Translations under genes and position numbers: made by a program
Notes under the pieces: generated by a model
Database searches by the model: none
Told to the model about the DNA's origin: nothing
Seen by the model: only the letters and a program-made list of their open reading frames with translations
Shown: piece by piece, positions 50,001 through 62,800 of the stretch
Layout: every line of letters starts with the position of its first letter
How positions within the stretch are numbered: the stretch's first letter is position 1
Source: Amoebophrya sp. A120
Taxonomy: Eukaryota; Protista; Dinoflagellata
DNA: 64,000 nucleotides
Assembly: GCA_905178155.1 (NCBI GenBank)
Contig: CAJINV010000004.1
Location: 2,184,391 to 2,248,390, forward strand
Direction: 5' to 3'

Positions 50001-50774
50001 CGGAGGGGATTCCGGTGCCGTTCCGCGGTCTAGCACGACGACTTGTGGTGGGGGCTCAGCTGCACCAGGAGCTCCGAGTACAACCGGTGGGGCCGCCGAC
50101 CACGGCGGCGAAGACGTTTTTGGCCTGTTTAGTGCAACAACCCAGCAGACCGCGGGTGCTGATGGCCCCTATAGAAGTTGTACTTGGCAGCGACTGAATT
50201 CGGACCCCGCGTCGCAGCTAAACACCAAGTCCGCCCTCATCTTCCAGCCCAATCTTTCCGCCCGAAAATTCCACGACAGCAGCGAAAGCGAGCCGTCGGT
50301 CTCTGACAGTCAGTGCAGTGGCGGAACCCACGAAACGGCCAGCAGTTGGGACGACAAGATTGTACCTCCAAAAGGGTCGTTGCTCAACACCTATGGAATT
50401 CTCACACATTACAGTGATTATATAATTGCGGTGGTTCTTACATGAATTTGTATAGGCAAAACTAGTAAAAGCGAACGCAGCGAGCGGATTTCCATGTTAA
50501 GTACTACGGATTGTCGTGCTAATATTTATACCGCGATGAGAACTACTTGTCATGCGAGGCAACTCGAAGATCGGATGGGGCGGGCTGATGGTGATTTTTT
50601 TACCTGCGAAAATCATCGTGCATTAGCTGACATCAAAGTAGCGTTTGAAAGTCCCATAGAACCGTTGCCCAATTTCGCGTAAACCGTAGGCCGAGCGGTG
50701 CCATCGAGTCAAACTGTAACGCTACGAGGCATCAAGGGCGCTCTACGCCGAGTAGACGAAACGGAAGGTATTAA
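41078..50774 (+). CDS. Very large low-complexity (S/T/G/A-rich, likely disordered) hypothetical protein; ~13 TIR introns
   Basis: Successive long ORFs separated by TIR elements (42445-42723, 43933-44194, 44909-45187, 46365-46683, 46732-46984, 47139-47417 and others). A few junctions are degenerate, so it could be two genes. Confidence 0.45.
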
Positions 50775-51579
50775 TTTGAATTAGCTATATGCTTTTAGAT
50801 TTTTTTGCCTTACGATTTTTCACTCGCGTGTTTTTTTTCCCGTTGCTTTTAATCTACTGATAGCGTCGTACCATGGTCTTGATAACTTCAAGCTGCTAGT
50901 ATGATTGATTTCTCAAATGGTCGTTCGTTCCCGCCTGAATTTCATGTCGAAAGAGACATCTGGAAAAACTGCGCAGCACCGACCCGCGTTTATTTCCGCA
51001 CAGACCGCGCCGGCGCAGTACCCCCGTTGGTTTTGCACGCTCGTTGCTATTATGGGGGCACGTCGATTCCTAACAAATGAAAAGCGCCGCGCCACAGCAG
51101 AGGTGGGGAATAAGTAGTTCTGACACAAAGTAGGACTAGTGGTCTCCGAATGGAAAGCTTTTGTCGTGCGTGCAAGTGCTGGGGCTCGAATTCGGTTGTG
51201 CTCCGAAACATCCACGGCCTACACGTGGAAATAAGCCGCTTCAACACGACGAGCTCTGCCTCTGCGGCTGCTAGGCCTCTATTTTTACTTAGCGCTAGAA
51301 CTACCGAAAGTTGTGCTAATCTTCTGCGTGGACGACCATGTCGTCGTGTGTTGCTGGACCACTACGTCGAAGCCACGCGAAACAGATATAATTTCCGTGT
51401 GGAAGTCGAAGTAGAATAAAAACTTTGCATCGCAAGCACTTGTTGCTCACCTTTCTGGGGGTAGGGGCACTTTATTTCGTCCTGATAACTCGCCCCGCAA
51501 TTTCCCCACCCGCAGGACCACGACGACCGGAAGGCAGAGTGGCCTTTTGTTGAAGAAAGGCAACAAAAGTGGAGAAAAA

Positions 51580-54500
51580 ATGTTATTTGGCGAACTACAG
51601 AAAACGAGCGACAGTACCACCACCAGCGGGGATGTCCTCGATCTACATCACGACTCGAGCCATAATTATCCGGGTACAACTATACGGCGCGGCAGGGACC
51701 AGCACGGGAAGATCCAGTTGCCGTGGTTCGATAGGTGGACTACAAAAGCAAGATCAAAAGACCGTTCCTGGTGGAGCTGCTGCCGGGGCTTTTTTTCGGA
51801 TATTATTTTCACGAAGAAAGAAAGTGAAACAGCGAGGACATCTCATCGTACTTCCTATCAAATGTAAGAATGTCTGGGTCTGGAAGAGTGCGAGATTTGT
51901 GATGCAGGTTTTCCATGACCCATGAGGTCTGGAATGCGAGACCCAGCATGACAGATTCTTTGGGGTCTCTATCATGCCTTTCCTGCATGAGAAACTCCCT
52001 CTCAACTTGGTCAAAAGCGGACGGCTTTTGGCACTCACGCAACACAGATTTTTGCATCATTTAGATTTAGCATGACAAGTTCTAATCTTCCAGACCCAGA
52101 CATTTTTGCAGTTGATACTTCGCGGCATAGTACAACACTGAGCAATCGAACCGAATTGGATCTGAAAAAGGAGTATCCTGTGCAAAAGTATCGTACTCGT
52201 AGTAATTGCAATCATGCATGACAAATCTTGTTTTTTAGCGAAATCAGCATTACAAATTCCATTTCTCCTTCTGGAAAAATTTGTATTGCGGTTTATACTA
52301 GTACGACACTTTTGCAATGCATAAGGAGCTCGAAAAACGAAAAGCCTGGGACAAGAAGCTCCTGGTAATCGTCTGCGTCTCGTCGGCGCTCGCCGTCGGT
52401 GCGGTGATTGCGGTCTGCTGTATCAACTGCAAAAATGTCTGGAACTGGAAACTTGTAATGCTGCGTTGGGAATAGTGAATGCCCTGTAATGCACGGGCAA
52501 GCATGAGAAATCAAATATCGGCGCTTCTTTGTGTTGCGTTTTTCGCATGACAAACCGCTGCATGACAGGCAAAGTGGTCTCGTCTTGGACACGCATCACA
52601 AACTTTTTCGGCATGCCAGACAAGCATGACAAACCTTGCATCCTTCCAGACCCAGACATTTTTGCATTTGATATGCTGGAATCTACTGCAAAAGAACAGT
52701 TGTGCATAGCAAATTATATGTCTGGGCAGCTATCTCCTGGAAGAAAAATGGAAGTGGTCGTTTGTCATGCTCGCTAGCAGCATGACGCTCAAGTCCAAGT
52801 GAGTCTGTCACGTTCCTTCTGCAGTAAAACTACGCCCTATTTATTTTCTGTAGTGCAGAAACGCAGTTTTTGTTTTTCTTTTTTGCCATGCCAAAAAATA
52901 GGCAACTACACCTAGCAAGCCAAAAGCTTGCCATGCTTGGCCGTGAAAATAAATTCCGGCTTGTGTTGTCCTCTAGCCCGCATCTTTACAAGGTAGGTTC
53001 CAGGCGTGGAGGTCCAGGGATACGTATTTGCAGTGGATAAAAGCAGTAACGACCACAATGCGGACAACAACTACACCAACCTAAACATGTCCCCCTTCCG
53101 CAATTTTAAGCGACACCTCGAAACGCACATCTGCGCCTATCCGGAGATCTGCCGGGCGTGGGAACAGTCCGGGCAGCAGGGCGCCGCGGGCACGTTTCAA
53201 CTCGCGGCAGAGGCGTTCCAGAAGGCACCCTACGAAAACTGGAAGCAGAAAAAAGGGTAATGTGATACAAAAATCTGCACTATGATTATGTGGCGGTCTT
53301 GGAGTTGGAATCAGCAGTCACTTGATGATTTGTCCATAAATTTGCGAGTAAGGTCGTCGTTTTCTGTTTTTTGAAGAACGGCCTGCTGTGTGAGGAAGTA
53401 CTCAAGTTGTATAAGTAAGTAAGTAGACCTTGTTCATGGATAAAAACAATACACACGACCACTTGCAGGAAAAAGGAAACTGTCGACCTGTTTTTCCTAC
53501 ACGAAATCGATCGGCACGTGACGCCGCTCGAGTACCGTTGGTATTGAAATGAAAAACTCCCCCTCCCCACATTGAAAAAGTATGTTTCCGAAAATTTGTG
53601 TTGCTGATTTGAGGTCACAAATCACATTTGTCTTGGAAGAAGACAAGGGCAGAAGCTTCCGCCCCATTATGGAAGCGATTTGTCACGCTGTTGGGCCTAC
53701 GGGGGAGCCGTTTGGCATGCTGAACAACTAGAGCCATACGCCCCTACCTAGCCTGGGGATCTGGCCGCAATCCCTTCCTGCAATACAAAACTGATTTGTG
53801 TACTCAAGTCCAGCATCAGAAACCTCGTTTTGATATGGGGAGGGGGGATTTTTCCTTTTGATAGTTGGCTCGGGCAAGCCACCGGGTACACGTCGAAGCG
53901 GTTCACCTTCCGGAACGCAATTGCTTTCACGAGCAACCAGCAGTGGGTCCAATCCGCGGACGCGCTGTTTCTCGCCTCCGTGCGGTTTCTGCAGCAGAAC
54001 ACAGCGCGGGTGCAGGCGCAACTGGCGCCGGACGTCGGGGCGCCGACGACCGTTCTGGGGACTCCTGCCACCGGCGGGGGCGGTTGTACTACCTCGGGTG
54101 CAGCGCCAGCGGGAGGGACAGCACCCGCGCTAGGTGCAAAGGATAGAAGCACAAGAACTCCGTCGCAGCTGGTGCACCAGCTGCCGGCCACGGGAGATGA
54201 ACAGCAGGAGGAGCAGCAGCCACCAGTTTCTCGCAGGCCGCTGCTGACCCGCAAGTTGTACAAGCGGACACTGATTGTCGGGTGTATTCCCTTCCGCTTC
54301 CACAAGGCCACGAGACAGGTGCGGATCGCCTTTGTCCGTGCGAAGCACACGCACGCCCCGGAACTACCGAAGGGCAAGGTGACGGAGCAGGTGCTGCAGT
54401 TGCTGTCCCAGCACGAAAAACTGCACCAGGACGACTTTGAGCTCGTCGCCGATGATTACCCAAAGCTGAAAGACGAGGCTCTGCGGGAGCTCGCGGAAGA

Positions 54501-56702
54501 AACCGGCTTGCGGCAGGACGTGGGCGATTTCAGTAGTGCAGACGACGCGAACGAGGGAAAGATAGACCTGAAGGACGAGCCAAAGTATCGATGTTAATTT
54601 TGTTCTTTTCAATGTTCGCACATATAAACATAATTTTAGTATAAGGAAAAGAAAACCGGAGGCAAGCGCATTGTTCCTGGCACAGAAGCGACAGAATATC
54701 AAAACTGTGGAAGTGTACAGTTTGATGCTTCGCAAAAACTACTGCACAACATAACGAACGTACCAAGGTATTACCCCTCCGGAAAAGAGGAGGATGCTGG
54801 TCCTAACAACGGAAGTAAAGTGATGCAGGTGGTAAAGCGCTCGATCTTCTACCCGGTCGAGGTAAACAGTGTGCACGAACATAACTGGTCCGTCACGGAC
54901 TTTTCCGGCGGTTTCTACCGTGAGCTGGGGAAAAACCTGAAACACGTTTTCGGTCGCGCAGACCTGCTGTTGGAGGAGATTGAACAGAATGAGGCGTTTC
55001 ACTCCGCGCAAGACTTGCGACAGCTCCGCGCACAGTGGAGCGCGGAGATGAAGAAGGCCGCCAACGCGTATCGCAGGCAGGTCGCGTATCAAAGTGAAAA
55101 ATCCCCCCTCCCCATATCAAAATAAGTAGAAATCTGTGATGCGGGATTTGTGTACAGAAATCGAGCTTGTGTTGCAGTAGAGGACTGCACGCAGATCCGG
55201 AGCCTAGGCGGGAGCCTTTTGCTGTAGGCGCCTAGTATGACAGACGTCCCCTCTGTAGGCCCTACCGCATTACAAATCGCCTGCGTAGCGTGTCAGACTC
55301 TCTGGATTTGCCCTCTTGCAAGACAGACAGGATTGGTGGTCACAAATCTGCATGGCAAATCTTCAGAAGGATGCGCTTTCAATATGGGGAGGGGGGATTT
55401 TTCCCGGCGATGTCGCGTGGGTTGACCTCAAGGACTTACCGGAGATCGTGACCACCCTGGCGAAAACCAAAGCAGCGGGAGGCGTAGCCGGCGGGGGGAA
55501 CAATAGCGGCCGCGGGGTCGACGATCCCCTGCTTGGAAATCGCCAACAGGAGAAGGATGCTGCTGGACCGTCTTCAAACCTAAACAGTGTCAAGACGGTG
55601 CGGCACAACTCTTCGCCCAGAAATCTGAAGGCCATCCTCGAGTTCCTACCGTATTTGGAAAGAAGGTTCGCGAACAGCAATTGGGACATAGACATGGTGG
55701 ATTTGAGACAGAAGCTGCAAGCCGCCTACGAAACCCTTGTCGACTACTATTACAATGAAAAATGCCCCCACCCCCGAACTTGGGAGCATTTGTATTGCAA
55801 ACCTTTCCAAATGAAACATTCGCCCTCTTGCATCTATCAGCATCACAGGTTTTCAATCGTTAATAGCAAAAATTTGTATTGCAAAAGACCCCAGCAAGAG
55901 CGGCGCTTGTCATGCAAGCGATGCGATACAGGCCTACATTCTGCATCAGAAAGATTCATACTCCTTTCATGCATGACAAAGAGTTTTCATTTGGAAATTT
56001 CGCATCACAAATTTTTGCAATTTAGGGGTGGGGGGTACTTTTCACTGTAATAACTACGATGACCGGGAAAAGAACCGGAAGGACGACCCGGACGAGGATC
56101 CTGGCGCGGCGATCAATTTGGACCACCGGGAGCTGCAGGCTCAATTCTTTCATCGTGTGCTGGACCAGCAAAGCGGGCGTGCATTGCCACGTCGTGGGCA
56201 CGTAGTCAACGAGCATGCACCAGCAGTGCCTGCCGCCCGGCAAGAACTACATTCAGCTTCGTTCCTTCACCAGAGAGATGGGCCCCTTCTCTCGCCTCGA
56301 AGCGAGTCAGTGTATCCCAGGGGAGTAAAAAGCTGGCGGGTCATACGAGTTTTTATGAATGCAAAAATAAGTAAGTACTTGCGGGAAAAACATGTATACA
56401 GATTTGTTTTTGGATCTATCCAACAGGAGTTCTTTTTCGTGCAATGACCTGCCAGAAGCCTTTTTCTGTGGGACACAACAGTACCCGGGAAGATAATGCT
56501 GATGAACCGAGTGCTGAACAATAGTGAAGTTCCTCAAGCTCTTGTGGACGATGAAGATATGCCGCAGGGTACTACCGATCCTGGGATGAATCATCCCGAG
56601 AATAGCAACGTCCCACCCGGAGGTAGCAGAGAGCACGACCAGAACCAAAACTATCAAAACGCAAATAGGTCGTGGTCAACATCTAGGCTACTGGATGAAT
56701 AA
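51580..56702 (+). CDS. Membrane-anchored Nudix-family hydrolase (3' end uncertain, may extend to ~57720)
   Basis: TM helix LLVIVCVSSALAVGAVIAVC; IVGCIPFR...ELPKGKV and Nudix box EALRELAEETGL. TIR introns include 51856-52117, 52174-52323, 52421-52673, 53542-53863, 55087-55412, 55748-56052. Confidence 0.65.
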
Positions 56703-58078
56703 ACCTGTGATGGTGCTGTTGGTGGGGAGTGTTTGGAGAGGATGACTTCTTTAAAAAATTTCTGTACGAGCTAATTCGATAAAAGAGAAAGTCTTGTCGT
56801 ACGGATGTCAGATACCTCTCTATTTTGCATGTTGACAAGAAAGAACAAGTAGGAACAGGAAGCTGCGCTTTTGCATTTTCTGGTCAACAACTTCTACATG
56901 CAGTACAGATTCATTATTTTCAGGTTGCGTACAAATGAGATATCCAGCCGCAGCACCAACACCTTACAACTTTATTCCTGACCCAGATGACACAACATTT
57001 GTACATGCATAAGAACCTCCTCCCAGAACAACCAGATCCAAAACCGACTCCGAAAATAACGGCAAGTAGGATTGTATCTCCTGGCAGCAGCACGCCGCGC
57101 GAGCTTTCGCAGCAGCGAAGTGGACCCGACGCCGGTTGGGGGCAGCAACAGACCGAAGGTGATGTTGAACAACGTGTATCTAGAAGTACTGATGTACCTC
57201 AGGCATCTGGCGGCCCACCCAGAGGACGTGAACGAGCCGGGGTGGAAGGTGAAGTGCAAGAAGGAAAAGTAGAACCGCAGAGAACTTCACTAACAACGAC
57301 AGAAACGACAGCCCGCGGCCCTGGATTGATATTCCAGAAACCACAACCCGCGGCCCGGGAATAGTATTCCCCCCACCTGCTACTTTTCCCGCCACAAGAG
57401 CCGCTTCAACAAACCTGCAACCGGGCGGACGCGGAGGGACCTCCACGGGAACTGATTCTGATTTATTTACTCCACCTCCGAACTCCGGGCAGGAGTTGAC
57501 CCGGTCGCACGAACGACGACGGCCCGAATCCACTATGACACCCTGGGGGCTCCCGCCGCCCGGGTTTCGAGAAAGTACTTGGTCGTCGGGCCGGGTGGGG
57601 GCGGGGGGCCAGTTTTTACAGCGCGTTCATCATTCGCCACAGCGGAGGACCGTTTATGAAAACGGAGAACAGTTGGCAGAACAAACACATGAGACGGGAA
57701 GTGAAGACTTGCGCTATGTGTGAAGGATGTTTCAACAATCCGCCCATGCGGTCGTACTGCTAGTTCACAGGCAACACCAACTGTAGCTATCATCAATGAC
57801 TAGTACTAAAAGATTTTTGTGAAACATTAAAAACAAGAGCAGTTTTATTTTTCTCATGGATGTTTATTGCCAAAGTTATCTTCAGCCCGATCGAATCGGA
57901 GATGCTCCCGAATATTGAACACCTAATGATAAAAAATATGTTCTTGGGACTGCATAAGTGCCCTGAACTGATGAAAATGTAGATAGCAAGAAAGAAACAG
58001 GTCGTAGGCTGTGCATATTACAAATTGACTATATTTATCGCAGTTAATAGGTGATGAAGATGATGTAATTGTATTATG

Positions 58079-58151
58079 ATGACGCTATGCATTCTCCGGA
58101 CGAGTATGACCTCATGCATTCTCCGGACGAGTATGACGCTATGCATTCTCC
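58079..58151. repeat. 27-bp tandem repeat, ~2.7 copies (ATGACGCTATGCATTCTCCGGACGAGT)
   Basis: Directly visible. Confidence 0.85.
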
Positions 58152-59881
58152 TCGACTTCTAATTTTCTTTCACGGAATTGATGTGCTACCCACGACCCCG
58201 GACACAGCACGCTTTTATAATTCCAATGGCCTGCCATTTCAAATGGATTTTAAAGAATCTTAGTGTATTCGAGGAAAATGTACTTTGTTTCCGAGGTCGC
58301 GAAATTATGCAAGTCGTCGCTGTGCATTTCAAATTCAATAACTTAGTAAAAACACCCAATGAAGAGCCTGACAAAAGTTGCAGAGCCGCCTTATTTATGT
58401 ACTCAATTCACCTGAAAAATTTAAAGAAAGCTTTGTAATGGAAAGATTTTGTCACGTTTACTTCGGATCGATCCGAGTTTTAGTACTAGCATACATCAGA
58501 CTAGTGCTACGCATAATAGGTATTGGCATTGGCAATTAATAGCTCAATCTGTACGACTTGTACTAGCGAGATCATTCTGATAGGAGTATCGAAAAATTAT
58601 AATTTCTATTTGAGTGGCTCTGCCTCATGCTGTCCCACAGCAATGAATTTGCAGCAAAAGCCCGGGAGGACACGCGCACTGTATCGGACGTCGACGAGAA
58701 ATTTCTATTCCCCAGCTGTAATAAAGTACTACTTTTTTTATCTCCTTTATCTCTTATCAGCATCAACAATAAACTTATCAGATGTTGACTGAAGCGACCG
58801 CGACGTTGCTATCATTTTTTATTTTTCCAGAATCGCACACAGTCACAGCGATCCAGACTTTGACTTTTTCCGCCGCAATATTCCGTCGGTGCGCAGCTCT
58901 TGGCTGCATCAATTTCGTCGACTGAGCAGGATAAAAAATCCACACGTCGAGTTGCAGCTTCGCAGAACAAAAGCTGAAGAAAATAGCTGCTGTTATTTGA
59001 TTCTAGCCCCCGACAAAAGGCGCGTTCCTGGATCGGATAAGTAAGTATGTTGTAAGCAGGGCGGATTTAAAGTAAGTTCTAAAAATGCTCCTGAAATAGT
59101 AAATGGAAGCACTTAAGATTAAGAGTCTTTGGATTCTGAAAGAAACAAGATCCGTTGCCGTTCCAATAGATCAAACCACAGCATAAATGGATCAAGACAC
59201 GACGAAAGCCAACGAAGTTGAAAAATCCATTCTTCCGCATCGATCATGAGGCCGTGCGAGGAAGGGCCCAATCCAAAACAAGTTTCTTTGGTGCAACTTC
59301 AAGAAGTAGATTTGATCGCGATCAGAAAGTAGAAAGGAACGCCGGTAGTTCCAGCATCTTTAAAGTACTCAAAAGAACAGCGGATCTGTTCCCTATTTTC
59401 CCTTCCGCTAGCCGGAAATGGAACGCGCTCGTTGAAGAAGATCACGAACCGCCTGACGGGATCGAGGATCAAAATTGGACATGGAGGTTTGATGGTTCCA
59501 GCTCTTCCAGTGGTTCTCGCATCGCCACCAGGATCAGGATAAATACATTGTTTGATGTGTAGTTGAATCAGTCGTGCGATGAATGGAACATCAACCCCTG
59601 TGTAAGTAAAAAGTTCTTGTGCAGGAGGAGCTCTGTGTTGTTACTCCGTTCTATTTTTCCTACCACGGCAGCCCCAACCGCCAACGGAAGTAGGAAGAAA
59701 GTAGAAGTGCCACAGCTGCGAGGGGAATTGCATCCATACAACTACATATTGCTTTTGTACTAAATCTATGTACAACGACATTCATAGTTGCTCATTCTGT
59801 TTTTGTTCCAGTGTGAAAAAAGAACGGAAAGTAGAATAGAACTAAACCCAGAACAATTTATAAACTCAGCCCTCGAAAAAA

Positions 59882-62800
59882 ATGAAGCGCGACAAGAGGG
59901 AGAACAAGACGATCCAGGGCGGCAAAAACAACGCCACCCACGGCGGCGATGAAAGAAACCAACCCGAAGCGAAGCGGCAGAAGCACGAGAAACCTTCCGC
60001 AGTGCAGATGTACAGCGGGAAACAGGGCGGACGGGACTGGACGCTGTCGGTCGCGCTGCCCGCCTCCATCGTCGCCAACGCGCAGAGCCACGAGCTGCGG
60101 TCCTACCTGGTCGCGCAGATCGCCCGGGCGCTGACCATATCAACTGCAATAGTGTCTGGGTCTGGAAGCATGCAACTTGTGATGCTGCATTTGGATTCCA
60201 AAAAAATTTGTATTGCATGAGCAGCGAAGGGAATGCATTTTTTGCTACGCGGAGAGGGCGTTTGTCATGCGGAGTAGGCATCAAGAAGCCCGCAAAAAAT
60301 CTGTCGTGCTAGGGCATGCATTACAGACATCATGGCTCATGCAAAACGTCCATAACAAGTGTCAGAATCTTCCAGACATCCAGGGATATTTGCAATTGAT
60401 AGACCATCTACGGGGTGGACGAGGTGGTATTGTATGAGGATCAGCAGGAATTGGTGAACCAGGGCGACGTATGGATTGCAAAAGTGTCTGGGTCTGGAAG
60501 AGTGGAACTTGTAATGCTGTCTGCGGATTCTAAAAATATCTGTGTTGCGTGAGCAGTAAGAGGAGTCAGTTCTTGGCACGCGGAGAGGGCATTTGTCATG
60601 CGTAATAAGCATCAAGAAGCTCTCAAAAAATCTGTGATGCTAGCACCAGCATCACAGACTTGATGGGTCATGCAAAATGTGCATGACAAGCCCCGACTCT
60701 TCCAGACCCAGACATATTTGCATTTGATACGACGGCGGAGAGATGGGCGGCACGAATAACACGTTTTCATCGTCTTGGGACAACACATCAAACACATGGA
60801 ACTATGACACGAACTCGTGGGCCGGCGCGGGCGGCGCAACAGCAAAACCAAAGAAAGGTCGCGACACAACTACAAGCGCTGAAGATGCAGGAGCTGCAGC
60901 AGCCGGCGAAGCAGATGCTGAAGAGAAGGGCAAAAATGGAGAAGAAGAGGCGGAGAAAAAGCATTCCTGGGCGCTGAATTTTTTCGCGCGGAACCTGCAG
61001 TACCTCGAGACCCCACAGTACCTGCGGAAAATCCTGTTCGGAATGCACCCAGATTTGAAATTCGCGGGGTTGCAGAACCCCCTGGACGCGCCGCACCACT
61101 TGCGGAAGGGGGAACAGATCAAGTACCGGGAGGGGGTGATTCTGGAGGAGCGGCACTTCCCGTACGCGAAACCCAGCGCCGACGGCGTGTTTGTGTGCTG
61201 CGGCCTGGACTACCCCGTCTGGTGCGAGGAGGGGCACGGGGCGACGGCCGGCGTCCGGGTCACCGTGAAGCTGCTCCAGGACGTGACCTACAAGGACGGC
61301 TTATCCTGAGTAAAAACGTCCCCACACCAGAGTCAAGATGGGAAAGCGGCTAGACAAATCAACCAGCTTTCGTTGTTTCGCATGACAAGTCTGTCCCCGG
61401 AGTGTGATCCTGTGTAGCTAGTTTCGGAGCATCACAGATCAAGCATATCATGCCGATTCTAGCATCACAAATCCCAAACCACGACTAGAAAATGGCTTTC
61501 ATTGGGCCCCGCATGAGAAACTTTTTTGGCGTGCAGATTTGCATGACAGCTCTTGGGTGGGGACGTTTTTACTCAGAATACGGCTCGGTTGCGGGAGAGA
61601 TTGTGTCGCCCTCCACCCCGCGCACCGAGGACGGGTTGTACTGGGGCTACCAGACCCGCGTGTGCCACAGCTTGCAGGAAGTGTTCGACCACACTCCCTT
61701 GGTCGTGGAAGAAACAACTTCTGGCTCCGGCGGAGACCACCCGGAGGCCGCCGGAAAGGAGGTCTCGAAACGACGACAGGCCTTGAATCTGTCGTTCGAC
61801 AGCTACCGGCACTACGATCTGGTGTTGGGCACGTCCGAGCGGGGGCGAGCGATCAACGACGAATTTGCGTCCGCAAAGAAGATATGCATTGCAAATATCC
61901 CTGGATGTCTGGAAGAGTACAGCTTGTCGTGCTAAATCTGAATCATGCATCAAAAATCTGTGTTGCGTGATTACGAATAAAGCTGTCCGCTTTTGAGCAA
62001 GCCGAGAGGCAGTTTCTCATGCGGAAAAAGCATGGTAAAGATCTCACAGAATCTGTGACGCCAGGGCATGCATCACAGACCTCGCGCGTCATGCAAAACG
62101 TGCATGACAAACGTTGCACTTATCTAGAACCACACATATTTGCAATGCATAGAAGAAGCTGCAATTCCGCCACTGCCTGGTGCTCTTCGGCTCGTTGGGC
62201 GGCTTGGAAGCGGTCATGAAAGACGACTTGTTCACGAAAATTGAGTATCCTGTGCAAAAGTATCGTACTCGTATTGCAATGACGCATTACAAATCTCTTT
62301 CTAAAGGTAGATCCGCATTACAAATTAAATTGCTCATGCTGAGGAAATTTGTAATGCATAATTTATACGAGTACGATATTTTTGCAGTTCATATTGAGAA
62401 GGAGTACCAAATTGCCCACCCGGCGAAACGCGGGGAGAACAAGAAGAATCACGTGTGCGGGAATCCCCGGATGATCTGTATCAATCGCGTAGTAAAAACG
62501 TCCTCCCCAGCACAAATTTTGCAAGAAAAAACTGTTTCACTGTGAACTTGTGATGCAGAGAACGAAACACCAAAGCGTTTGTCTCGCTACACCTGCAACA
62601 CAATGGATTTTTAAGTGTGTTTTCCCTTGGGAAGCGCGCATGGCAAATTTTCGGTGTCAGGTGTAGCAAACTTGTGACGCAGATTCTGCAAAATCATCAC
62701 AGTGAAACAGTTTTTTCGTGGGATAACAAACGCCCCACAGTCAATCCTTGAGAAGTCGAAATGTAGAAGTGTGCAACACAATCACAAAGAACTACCAGAA

